Assembly: GCA_963836755.1 (NCBI GenBank)
Contig: CAWIKF010000002.1
Span: 320,001 to 384,000, forward strand
Length of the DNA: 64,000 nt
Source of the DNA: an uncultured Verrucomicrobiae bacterium
GTDB lineage: Bacteria > Verrucomicrobiota > Verrucomicrobiia > Chthoniobacterales > Chthoniobacteraceae
Reading direction: 5' to 3'
The notes beneath the pieces are model-generated. The model made no database searches. It was given only the letters and a program-made list of their open reading frames with translations, and was not told the origin of the DNA. Shown here in pieces: positions 52,129 through 60,913 of this stretch (position 1 is its first letter; every line of letters starts with the position of its first letter). The translations under genes were made by a program, and so were the position numbers.

Positions 52129-52173
52129 CTGCGGGGCATGCTAACTCGCTCGGGTAAGCAGACTTTCGACACC

Positions 52174-52866
52174 TTAGACCGCACCCGATTTCTTCAATGC
52201 TTTTTTGGCGACACGGCTTATGAAGATAGCGACACCTATCGTGGCCAGCAGGCCTACTGCGAGCAGCACATATTGCATCGGACCATGATTGGAGTTTCCG
52301 CCAGTCACACTCGCCTTGCCCACAGCTCCGAAATAAGCGTAGAGCCATGTGCCAGGCAACATACCCGCCGCTGAACCGAGCATATAAGGCACGAGGCGGA
52401 TGGATGTCACGCCATAGAGATAGTTGCTGACATTGAATGGGATCAGTGGGCTAAGCCGCAGGAGCCCCACAATTTTCCAGCCATCTTTGCCAATGGCTTC
52501 ATCGATGGCCTTGAATCGCTCACTCTTTTTTGCTGCGTCTTCGACCTTTCCGCGAACCAGATAGCGGGCAACCAAAAAGGCAAGTGTCGACCCAAGAGTG
52601 GCACCACTCAGCGCCACAACCGTGCCGAGGAAAACGCCATAAACCAAGCCGGCGCTTATCGTAAAAACCCAACCCGGCAGGAAAAGGACAGCGCCCAAGC
52701 CGTAGATAGCGATGAAGATAATCGGTCCCCAAGGACCAAACTTCTGCACCCATTCAGTGAAGTCTTTCGCCAGTTCCTTGAGCGGAAGAAACGAAGCCGC
52801 CGCTGAGATGGCGATCAGGATGAGAACGACTGCAATCGCCTTCCCGTAGTTTCTTACGAAGTTCAT
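52174..52866 (-). CDS. DedA/TVP38 (VTT domain) membrane protein
   Basis: FLPG...AGLVYG, GATLG..LAF..ARY, LLRLSPLIPFN..NY..G. Confidence 0.9.
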   Translation of the reverse strand: MNFVRNYGKAIAVVLILIAISAAASFLPLKELAKDFTEWVQKFGPWGPIIFIAIYGLGAVLFLPGWVFTISAGLVYGVFLGTVVALSGATLGSTLAFLVARYLVRGKVEDAAKKSERFKAIDEAIGKDGWKIVGLLRLSPLIPFNVSNYLYGVTSIRLVPYMLGSAAGMLPGTWLYAYFGAVGKASVTGGNSNHGPMQYVLLAVGLLATIGVAIFISRVAKKALKKSGAV

Positions 52867-52869
52867 CGA

Positions 52870-54318
52870 TCAAGCCCCTCTGTCACGTTCGTAGCGCCAT
52901 GCGAAGACCTTCTGCACAAAAGGGGTGAAGCGGGTCTTACTGTATCGGTCCGCCGTCTTCCTGGCCAGTTCGGAGTAGGTCGGGTAGGCATGAATCGTCC
53001 GGCCAATTTTGCCCATGCCCAAACCATTTTTAATGGCAAGAGCGAACTCATGGATCAACTCGCCTGCGTGCTCGCAAACAATCGTCGTGCCGAGTATCCT
53101 GTCGCTGCCTTTAGCCAGCAATACCTTGATGAATCCGTGGGCTTCGCTTTCCAGGATTGCTCGATCTACTTCTTCAACCTTTTGCACGATTAAATCATAC
53201 GCGACTCCGTTTTTTCGGGCAGCACTTTCATTTAAACCTACGGTTGCGATTTCAGGATCTAGATAAGTGCACCACGGAACGACGGAGTAATCCATCTTCT
53301 GCCTCATGAGTTGAAAAGGCATGAGGATATTTCGCACCACCACCCGTGCCTGTGCATCCGCCACGTGGGTAAACCGGTAAGGACCGGCAACGTCTCCCGC
53401 TGCGTAGATATGCGGCACGGTGGTTTGTAAGTAATCATTTACTTTTACACCGCGTCCGTCGGCTTCGACGCCAGATCGAGGAAGGCCAAGTTTTTGTATG
53501 TTTGGGGCGCGGCCTGTCGCAATCAAAAGGTGGGTCGCGGTGAGAGTTTTTCCATCCGCAAATTTCATGGCCACACCAGCTAGGTCAGGTTTGACCAAAG
53601 CTACTTCTGCATTTGTCATCACTTTTAAGCCAGACTCAGCAAATCGCCTGGCGACACAGGCGCCGACGTCTTCGTCCTCCTTGGGTAAAAGCCTGGGTCC
53701 TCTTTGCACAAGGGTGACTTTGACTCCGAATCTATGCATGACCCAGCTCAACTCGCAGCCCACCGGTCCTCCACCCAGGACAATCATGGACTCAGGCTTT
53801 TCATGAAGTTCATCGAAAATTGTCTCGTTGGTGAAATATTTGACGTCGGCGAGTCCTTCGACCTGCGGCAATGCCGGGTGTGTGCCGGTTGCAATGACGA
53901 AGTTTCGTGCCTTGAGTTCGACCCCATCCACTTCCACGGCATTTGCGGAACGAAACTTCGCAGCGCCGCGAAATATATCTACACCTAGAGATTCAAAACG
54001 TTCCTGTGAATCATTTGGAGCAAGTGTGGCGCGCAGCTTTCTCATCCTATCAAAGAGTGCATTGAACTCAAAGCGAGGCTCCATTGCATGGAGCCCCCAC
54101 TTTGCGGAACTTTGTATCTTGCAAATCAAGCGGGCGGAAGAAATCAGCGCCTTGCTTGGAACGCAACCATAGTTCAGGCAGTCACCGCCCATTTTGTTTT
54201 TTTCGATAAGAGCCACGCGCCCGCCCAGTCCTGCGGTGCCCGCCGCGACGACAAGGCCGGCCGTTCCCGCACCAATGACTACAACATTATAAGTCCCGGT
54301 GCCCTTCTCAAGTGTCAT
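52870..54318 (-). CDS. Pyridine nucleotide-disulfide oxidoreductase (mercuric-reductase/LpdA-like, no MerA C-terminal CC)
   Basis: GAGTAG, GGDCLNYGCVPSK, GGGPVGCE, YAAGD, FTHVA, HAYPTYSE. Confidence 0.88.
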   Translation of the reverse strand: MTLEKGTGTYNVVVIGAGTAGLVVAAGTAGLGGRVALIEKNKMGGDCLNYGCVPSKALISSARLICKIQSSAKWGLHAMEPRFEFNALFDRMRKLRATLAPNDSQERFESLGVDIFRGAAKFRSANAVEVDGVELKARNFVIATGTHPALPQVEGLADVKYFTNETIFDELHEKPESMIVLGGGPVGCELSWVMHRFGVKVTLVQRGPRLLPKEDEDVGACVARRFAESGLKVMTNAEVALVKPDLAGVAMKFADGKTLTATHLLIATGRAPNIQKLGLPRSGVEADGRGVKVNDYLQTTVPHIYAAGDVAGPYRFTHVADAQARVVVRNILMPFQLMRQKMDYSVVPWCTYLDPEIATVGLNESAARKNGVAYDLIVQKVEEVDRAILESEAHGFIKVLLAKGSDRILGTTIVCEHAGELIHEFALAIKNGLGMGKIGRTIHAYPTYSELARKTADRYSKTRFTPFVQKVFAWRYERDRGA

Positions 54319-54330
54319 GATGACGCCCGT

Positions 54331-55149
54331 TCAAAATATCTTGTCGAATATAAGATTGGTCGTTCCATAGTGACGGCCATGTTCTCCCTGGTCGTTCAAG
54401 CCCCAGTTGTAAGTCTTGTAGTTGATTTCGTATCTACCGCTGCCGAGGAACTGCCGGTATTGCTCAGGAGCATAAAGGGCAAGAATTTTCGGCACTCCGC
54501 CGGCTTTGTCGAAGTCACTTTTGAACCACTTGAAAATGCTGGAAATGTCCACCGAATTTTCTAATGGCTTGAACTCGTTCATGTCCTTTCGCGACAGCCA
54601 TATTTCATAGGCATGCGCGTCCTGCTCTCCGAGCGCAGCCTCACTATAAGCGGAGCGCTGGAGTGGCGGGCAGCTTCTCGCGGCACAGACCAGCACGGCA
54701 TGTGTGCGGTAACCATATTGCGGCCGCAGAGTTCCCTGCTCAATATCGTTAAGGGACACAGTTTGACCGCCGATCTTGTAGCGTCTGCCCGTAAAGGAGT
54801 CTTTGTAGATTTGAATACTTTCAGTGGGATACTTCTGCAGGATCCACTCCAGCACACCGGCGTTGTAGGCATTGATAAGAGAAGCGAACTTTTCCTCACC
54901 TTTGGCAGGAGTTCCGCCGGGCGCGAACTGCGCAAGATACTTTTCCAAAGCCGCGCGATCCGCTTCGTTGTCTTTCCAGGCGTGGTAAGCGACCAAGCCG
55001 CGGTCATCCACGTATTTCTTGAGCAGCCGGTCGTATTCGCTGTGATTGATTCCAGCCGGCACGTTAACTTCCACGTTCTTCTCCGCCGCAATTGAAAAGG
55101 TGTGAGTGAACGCGGCAAAGGCGATGCCGAGGAGGATAGTCGTTTTCAT
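54331..55149 (-). CDS. Secreted DUF547 domain protein
   Basis: Signal peptide; INAYNA, H..LVCAARSCPPL, ISSIFKWF..DF, YNWGLN. Confidence 0.88.
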   Translation of the reverse strand: MKTTILLGIAFAAFTHTFSIAAEKNVEVNVPAGINHSEYDRLLKKYVDDRGLVAYHAWKDNEADRAALEKYLAQFAPGGTPAKGEEKFASLINAYNAGVLEWILQKYPTESIQIYKDSFTGRRYKIGGQTVSLNDIEQGTLRPQYGYRTHAVLVCAARSCPPLQRSAYSEAALGEQDAHAYEIWLSRKDMNEFKPLENSVDISSIFKWFKSDFDKAGGVPKILALYAPEQYRQFLGSGRYEINYKTYNWGLNDQGEHGRHYGTTNLIFDKIF

Positions 55150-55182
55150 ATTTTGAAGGTGTTGCGTGAGTTGATTCGCTCT

Positions 55183-55850
55183 CTATCCATACATGGATGC
55201 ATTCGAGCTAAGATCCGGAATTTGAAAATCCAGAATGCTCCGCGCGCGACGCCAGCTTTCGGCGTCATCCACGTCCTCCAATGGCGGTGTCAAAAGAGCC
55301 AGCGTCAATCCAGCTCGAGCGATCCGAGCCTCAGTTTGCGCGCACACAACCGGCGTGCTCCAGTCGATCCCGTGAAAAATATCAGGATGTGGAGCGTTCA
55401 ATCCAAGCAGGCAATAACCTCCATCCACCGCGGGAATGAGCACAGTATCGGCTCTCGCGAGCGCCTTCGCCACTTGCACCAGCGCGGCCTTATCGAGATA
55501 GGACAATCGCCGCCAAGCAAGATCAATCTTCTGCAACCCGTCGCAAATAGTTGCTCGGCGGCTCTCATGAGACGTTCGCCGAGATCGCCTTCGCATTGTG
55601 GAAAATATTCGAGCTTCGGCCCGAGCCATTCCCGCATTTCAAAAAGGGCGCCGGCTGGAGAGAAGCAGACGTGAATCGGCCAGTGGCAAGGAATGCTCCT
55701 GACCTGGTGCTCTACCAGTCGCCGGTAAATCAATGCAGCACGTTCAGCTCCTACTGATGCGGCCAGGCGCGTCTTGACCTTGCCGACGATCGGAGCTTTC
55801 AACATCAGAGAAACCGTCGGGACTTCGATTGGATTCGCAATATTCTTCAT
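55183..55850 (-). pseudogene. TIGR04282/DUF2064 (CofC-like) transferase with a one-base deletion near 55500
   Basis: KAP..GKVKTRLA, QCEGDLGERL, GGDCP then shifted frame YLD...PAVDGGYCLLG, IDWST, LEDVDD; true pseudogene or sequencing error. Confidence 0.8.
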
Positions 55851-56383
55851 TTGCTTGTCACGTGACTTATCGTTCAACGCCGATGACGCTTGGCCAACAG
55901 GTTGGAATTTTTTCCCCGAAAGTAGTCGAGCGTTAGAAAAAAATCCGCCCAGGTCGTCCGGATCGGGCCGAAGCGGTCAAACCGTCGCCCGGAAGAATAG
56001 ACAGGCGGGCGCAACGTCACCACCTGCCCGCAAGCGCGTCCTTACGAGGGAGAATGCGCTCGGCATCTTCCTAAGCACGATACCCCTCACCCAACAGCGG
56101 TTGTCCCTTTCGGAAGCCACCTTCGAGCAGAGATTGTGGCCGCGGAGCAGTTGAATCCTCTTGAGATGAGCCTCGTCCCAGCGATCAGGAACGAAACTGC
56201 CGTCCTTTAGCGTCAATCGCCACACGCCGCGACAACTCGTGCCGGAACGCGGCGCGCGCAGAGTCGGCAGCAACAAACAATTCAGCGTGCTCCGAGGTTG
56301 TAAACCGTGACCCCGTGGGCTAGCGATTGAACCTGGCTAACACCAAGCTCACCTCGATGTAGCTATTTTTTCGACCCGATGCC

Positions 56384-57078
56384 TTAGAACCCTAACGTCT
56401 GCTGGCCCATTGAATCATCTCTAACGGCTCGGGTGATCACCAGCTTTTGCTGAACCAGCTCAGGTTCACAACATTTCTCATCATCCACCCTGGCGCTGTT
56501 TACCAACGTTGAAACGGCCAGCGCCGACATTTCCTCCGCGTGATATGGCGCGGTGACGCGCTGAAAACTTTGTTCAACAAGCTCACCCGTTGAAAACCAT
56601 TCCTCCCAATCTTCACGGCGCACAATCACCGGCATTCGGTCATGAATCGGCTCCAGCACGGCGTTGGCCAATGCCGTCAATAAATAGCAACGTGAGATGT
56701 TTCGCTCTGTTCATAAATTGCAGTAATGGCGAACGGAGCGTCTCCATTCAAAGTGAACAAGTAGGGGCGCTTTCCCACCTTCGTCCATTCGTAAAATCCA
56801 TCTGCCGGCACCAAACATCTTCGCTCGATAAACGATTGTTTAAATGAACGCTTTCCGCGAACCGATTCACAACGGGCGTTGATCAGGGCTCGCGATTTTA
56901 CATCCGCCCATTTTGGAATAATGCCCCACGACATTTCCTGCAATTTTCGCTCAGCAGTGACCACCGGCACCCGCTGGGTTGGTGCCACATTGAACCGAGG
57001 CCGAAAACCAATTGAATCTTCCACCTCCAGCCAATCGAGGATTCGCCTGGGATCTTTGATTCGGCACCGGCCGCACAT
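56384..57078 (-). pseudogene. SOS response-associated peptidase (SRAP/YedK/HMCES family), frameshift near 56700
   Basis: MCGR start, FNVAPTQ, WGIIP, INAR.E, RCLVPADGFYEW; second frame IHDRMPVI, VSTLVNS. Confidence 0.85.
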
Positions 57079-57093
57079 CGTCGCGGTCTCTGC

Positions 57094-57303
57094 TCAATCG
57101 GCCGCGCCGGTAACGTTATCCCAACAAAGCAAGACGCTGAATTGAGCGTTATCCACAGTCTGGCGCTTTGGGATGCCATAGAAGCTGGAGTTGACCTCGA
57201 CGAAGTTGAAATGCTGCGCATACCAGAGCAAGTCCGTCTTCTTTATTTCGGATGGATACCAGTCCCGGACAAAACTCCGGGTCACTCCAGCTGGCAGTGC
57301 CAA
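57094..57303 (-). pseudogene. N-terminal fragment of DUF72 (YecE-like) protein
   Basis: WYP...LLWYAQHFNFVEVNSSFYGIP; truncated. Confidence 0.7.
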
Positions 57304-57608
57304 TCAGAATTTTGCTAGAGCTCATTTAAGAAAACTATCGAAACTCATGAGATGCCGACATGGCAAGACAGTTAAAGGGCTATCATTAGGGGGATGCATA
57401 AAATCCGTGTTTCTTTGTCGGAGTCATCACAATGGCTCCGTGCTTGGACCCTTGGAGGTGCGCATTGTCCCGTCGTTATGGACGCGATCTAAGCGCCAGC
57501 ATAAGGATTCCGGATTAGTGACTTTCCTTTTCGAGCGCGGTATGGCAAAATTTGTCTTCAAATTTCCTGCACATGAAGCAAGCCCAGCTAAAAAAAAATC
57601 CGCCCGCG

Positions 57609-60551
57609 ATGAACGTGGTTGATCAGACACATAAGTTTCTGGTGGCGATCGCAACATCGCTTTCTCTTTCAGTCCTCGTCCACGCGGCGGCAGCACCGGT
57701 GGCGCTAGACGGCGATGGCTGGATTGTCGCGCCACAGGCCGAAGTCAGCGGTAGTGGAGAGCAGATCTCCGCGCCCGGCTTCGCCACGGACAAGTGGGTG
57801 AAGGCAAAGGTGCCGGGGACGGTGCTGGAGGCTTACGTGGTGGCAGGGATCGAGAAGGAACCGAGCTATGGCGACAACGCATATAAGATCGACAAGAAAA
57901 AGTACGATCGCAATTTCTGGTATCGGACGGAATTCCAGACGCCGGCGGCTTTTACCACAGGCCGGACCTGGCTGGAATTCGACGGTGTGAACAAGAGTGC
58001 GGACGTTTACCTGAACGGGAAGAAGCTGGGCTCAATGCATGGATTCGTGCAGCGCGGCAGGTTTGAAGTCACCGGGCTGCTCCGCCATGGAGCGGACAAT
58101 TCCTTGGCCGTCCTCGACTATTTCCCCGGCGAAACGGACAAGCGGACCGTCAACACGACGAGCCCCTCGTACATTTGCAGCACGGGCTGGGACTGGATGC
58201 CCACTGTGGCCGGATACAACATGGGAATCCACCGGAGCGTGCGGCTCACCAACACGGGCGACGTTTCGCTGGTGGACCCATGGATTCGCACGGAGGTGCC
58301 CGATCTTTCGCAAGCGGACGTTTCCATTCAGGTCGAAGTGCAGAACCATTCCACCGCGCCGGTGAATGGCGTATTGAAGGGCATCCTCTCGCCGGGCGAG
58401 ATTGCATTCTCTCAGCCGGTGACGTTGGGGGCAAGTGAGACGAAAACAGTCAAGCTGGACGACGCGGCGGTGCCGGCCCTGAAGCTCTCCCACCCGCGCC
58501 TGTGGTGGCCCAACGGCTACGGGAGGCCGAACCTGTATTCATGCCGGCTCGATTTCCAAACCGGCGACGCTATTTCCGATACAAAAACAGTCAATTTCGG
58601 CGTTCGGAAATATTCCTACGACACCTCGAAGAAGGTCCTAAACTTTTACGTGAACGGCGTGCGTGTTTTCGTCAAGGGTGGGAACTGGGGCATGGCGGAG
58701 TTCATGCTGCGCTGTCGCGGGCAGGACTACGACACACGCCTGCGTTTCCACAAGGAGATGAACTTCAATATGATCCGGAACTGGCTTGGCATGACCACGG
58801 ACGAGGCGTTTTACGCCGCGTGCGACCGGTACGGCGTGATGGTCTGGGATGAATTCTGGCTCCACTCCACGCAAGCGATGCCCACGGACCTGGACGTTTA
58901 CCAGGCGAATGCCATTGAAAAGATCAAGCAGGTGCGAAACCATGCGTGCGTAGCCCTGTGGTGTGCGGAAAACGAGAGTACGCCAAGTCCGCCGTTTAAT
59001 GAGTGTCTGCGGCAGGACGTCCAGACCTACGACGCGGGCGACCGCCGCTACGAGCCGCAATCCAACAAGGGCGATCTCAGCGGGGGCGGGCCTTACCGCA
59101 ACCTGGACTTGAAGGCGTATTATCAGCGGAAGGGAAATTATGGCATGCACAGCGAGGCCGGCACGGCAACGTGCACCTCGTACGACAGCTTTAAGAAGTT
59201 CATGCCGGCGGCCGATGCCTGGCCTCAGGACGAGATGTGGAATGAGCATTTCTTCGGAAACTTGGGAAGCAACGCGGGGCCGGATGTCTATAACACTTCC
59301 ATCAGCCTGCGGTACGGGCGGGTGGCCGGCATCGAGGACTATTGCCACAAGGCACAGTTGCTCAACGTGGAAACGATGAAGACGCTGTACGAAAGCTGGC
59401 TCGACCACAGCGACAACACCGCCGCCGGCGTGCTGATCTGGATGAGTCAGTCGGCCTACCCTTCGTTCGTCTGGCAGACCTACGACTACTACTTCGACAC
59501 TACCGGCGCCTACTGGGGGGCGAAGAACGCATGTGAGCCGATTCACATTTATTGGAACCAGCTCGACGACCGCATTCGGGTGGTTAACACCTCCGGCAAG
59601 GAAGCGCCGAATCTCAAGGCCGAAGCCTCGATCTACAACGCGGACGGCACGCAAAAGTTCTTTCGCTCCACGCCCGTCTCGTCCAAGCCGGATGCAGTGG
59701 CGGATTGCTTCCCGCTGACGTTCCCCGAGGGGCTTTCGCCCGTGCACTTCATCAAGCTGAAGCTGAAGGATGGGCAGGGAGCGACTGTCTCAGAAAATTT
59801 TTACTGGCGCGGCACAACCTACGAGCGGTACGCGGACTTGAAAAACCTGCCGGCGGTGAAGCTGGGGATTTCCCAGACACTGCGCCATGAGGGCGGCACC
59901 GAAACTATGACGGTCGAGATCACCAACCCCGCCGACTCGCACACGGTCGCGCTTGCCATAAGGCCAAAGGTCGTCAAGCCCGGCACCGACGAGCAGGTCC
60001 TGCCGGTCTTCATGAATGACGGCTATTTCTCGCTCCTTCCCGGCGAGACCAAGCACCTCACCATCCAGTATGAACGTGCGAGCGCCGGCACACAGGATGC
60101 CGCGCTGGCCGTCGAGTGTTGGAATAACTATCCCAAGCCAAGCCCGCAGGCTCCGAACCCCGCGAATCTGGCACTCGCTCGGCCGGTGACGGCATCCTCC
60201 TCGCTGGGTGAAGAGACGCCCGAATGTGCGATTGATGGCGACATCCTGACCGCTTGGGAATCGGGCAGGAAAACGAACCAGCCGTCGTGGCTCTGCGTTG
60301 ATCTTGGAGAGAGCAAAGCCTTTAGTCGCGTCAGAATCGACTGGACGGGAACCGAGTTCCCCAAGAGCTTTGAGGTGCAGGTCTCCGACGACGCTAAAAG
60401 CTGGACGCCGGTTTATCAAACAACCAAGGGTGACGGCACCTTGGACAACCTAGGCGGACTCAACGGAAAGGGGCGGTATGTGCGGTTGTTCACTGACAAC
60501 AAGGCCAGATACAACTGTCTCGTCAAGGAGTTTGAGGTGTATGCGAAGTAG
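57609..60551 (+). CDS. Secreted glycoside hydrolase family 2 (beta-mannosidase/exo-beta-glucosaminidase-like) with C-terminal F5/8 type C (CBM32) domain
   Basis: VPGTVL, FDGVN, GWDW, WWPNGYG.P.LY, GGNWG, IRNW, WCAENE; NLAL..PVTASS...W..VDLG...GRYVR; alternative start 57573. Confidence 0.9.
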   Translation: MNVVDQTHKFLVAIATSLSLSVLVHAAAAPVALDGDGWIVAPQAEVSGSGEQISAPGFATDKWVKAKVPGTVLEAYVVAGIEKEPSYGDNAYKIDKKKYDRNFWYRTEFQTPAAFTTGRTWLEFDGVNKSADVYLNGKKLGSMHGFVQRGRFEVTGLLRHGADNSLAVLDYFPGETDKRTVNTTSPSYICSTGWDWMPTVAGYNMGIHRSVRLTNTGDVSLVDPWIRTEVPDLSQADVSIQVEVQNHSTAPVNGVLKGILSPGEIAFSQPVTLGASETKTVKLDDAAVPALKLSHPRLWWPNGYGRPNLYSCRLDFQTGDAISDTKTVNFGVRKYSYDTSKKVLNFYVNGVRVFVKGGNWGMAEFMLRCRGQDYDTRLRFHKEMNFNMIRNWLGMTTDEAFYAACDRYGVMVWDEFWLHSTQAMPTDLDVYQANAIEKIKQVRNHACVALWCAENESTPSPPFNECLRQDVQTYDAGDRRYEPQSNKGDLSGGGPYRNLDLKAYYQRKGNYGMHSEAGTATCTSYDSFKKFMPAADAWPQDEMWNEHFFGNLGSNAGPDVYNTSISLRYGRVAGIEDYCHKAQLLNVETMKTLYESWLDHSDNTAAGVLIWMSQSAYPSFVWQTYDYYFDTTGAYWGAKNACEPIHIYWNQLDDRIRVVNTSGKEAPNLKAEASIYNADGTQKFFRSTPVSSKPDAVADCFPLTFPEGLSPVHFIKLKLKDGQGATVSENFYWRGTTYERYADLKNLPAVKLGISQTLRHEGGTETMTVEITNPADSHTVALAIRPKVVKPGTDEQVLPVFMNDGYFSLLPGETKHLTIQYERASAGTQDAALAVECWNNYPKPSPQAPNPANLALARPVTASSSLGEETPECAIDGDILTAWESGRKTNQPSWLCVDLGESKAFSRVRIDWTGTEFPKSFEVQVSDDAKSWTPVYQTTKGDGTLDNLGGLNGKGRYVRLFTDNKARYNCLVKEFEVYAK

Positions 60552-60913
60552 CAGTCCTACAGCTTTTGGATTCAGCCGCAGGTAAATGATGCCTTAAGCT
60601 CGTCATATTGAGATATTCCCTCTGTCCATGACCGCGCAGAACGAAATCCGCTGAATTCCTTTCCGCCCCGCCGTATTGGTAGTAGTTTCCGCTCAATTCG
60701 CGCGCCTCGCTTTGTGGCAACATACTCTCCTAGCCAACGGCAACTACGCGGGAAACGGTTACGTGCAGCTCAACGCTGGAGCAACAAAAAGCAACTTCTA
60801 CGTAGTGTGGCTGTTCTAGAGGATATGTTAACCCCTTTCCCAATCCGCTTCGCAGGTTCGTCGCCGCGATGATTCTGCTTATATCTCTCCTGTCCATCGA
60901 ACCCTTCGAACTC

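Noticed and set aside
52870..54318. merA mercury resistance
   Set aside because: No C-terminal Cys-Cys pair, no N-terminal HMA domain and no merR/T/P nearby
55977..56276. 99-aa minus-strand ORF upstream of the TIGR04282-like gene
   Set aside because: No recognisable motif or good start; may be debris
57149..57157. Perfect DnaA box TTATCCACA
   Set aside because: A single isolated 9-mer inside the DUF72 remnant; compatible with chance
60523..60723. Possible GT4 glycosyltransferase N-terminal remnant (NYYQYGGAER...LRGHG)
   Set aside because: The motif is too short to support without a search
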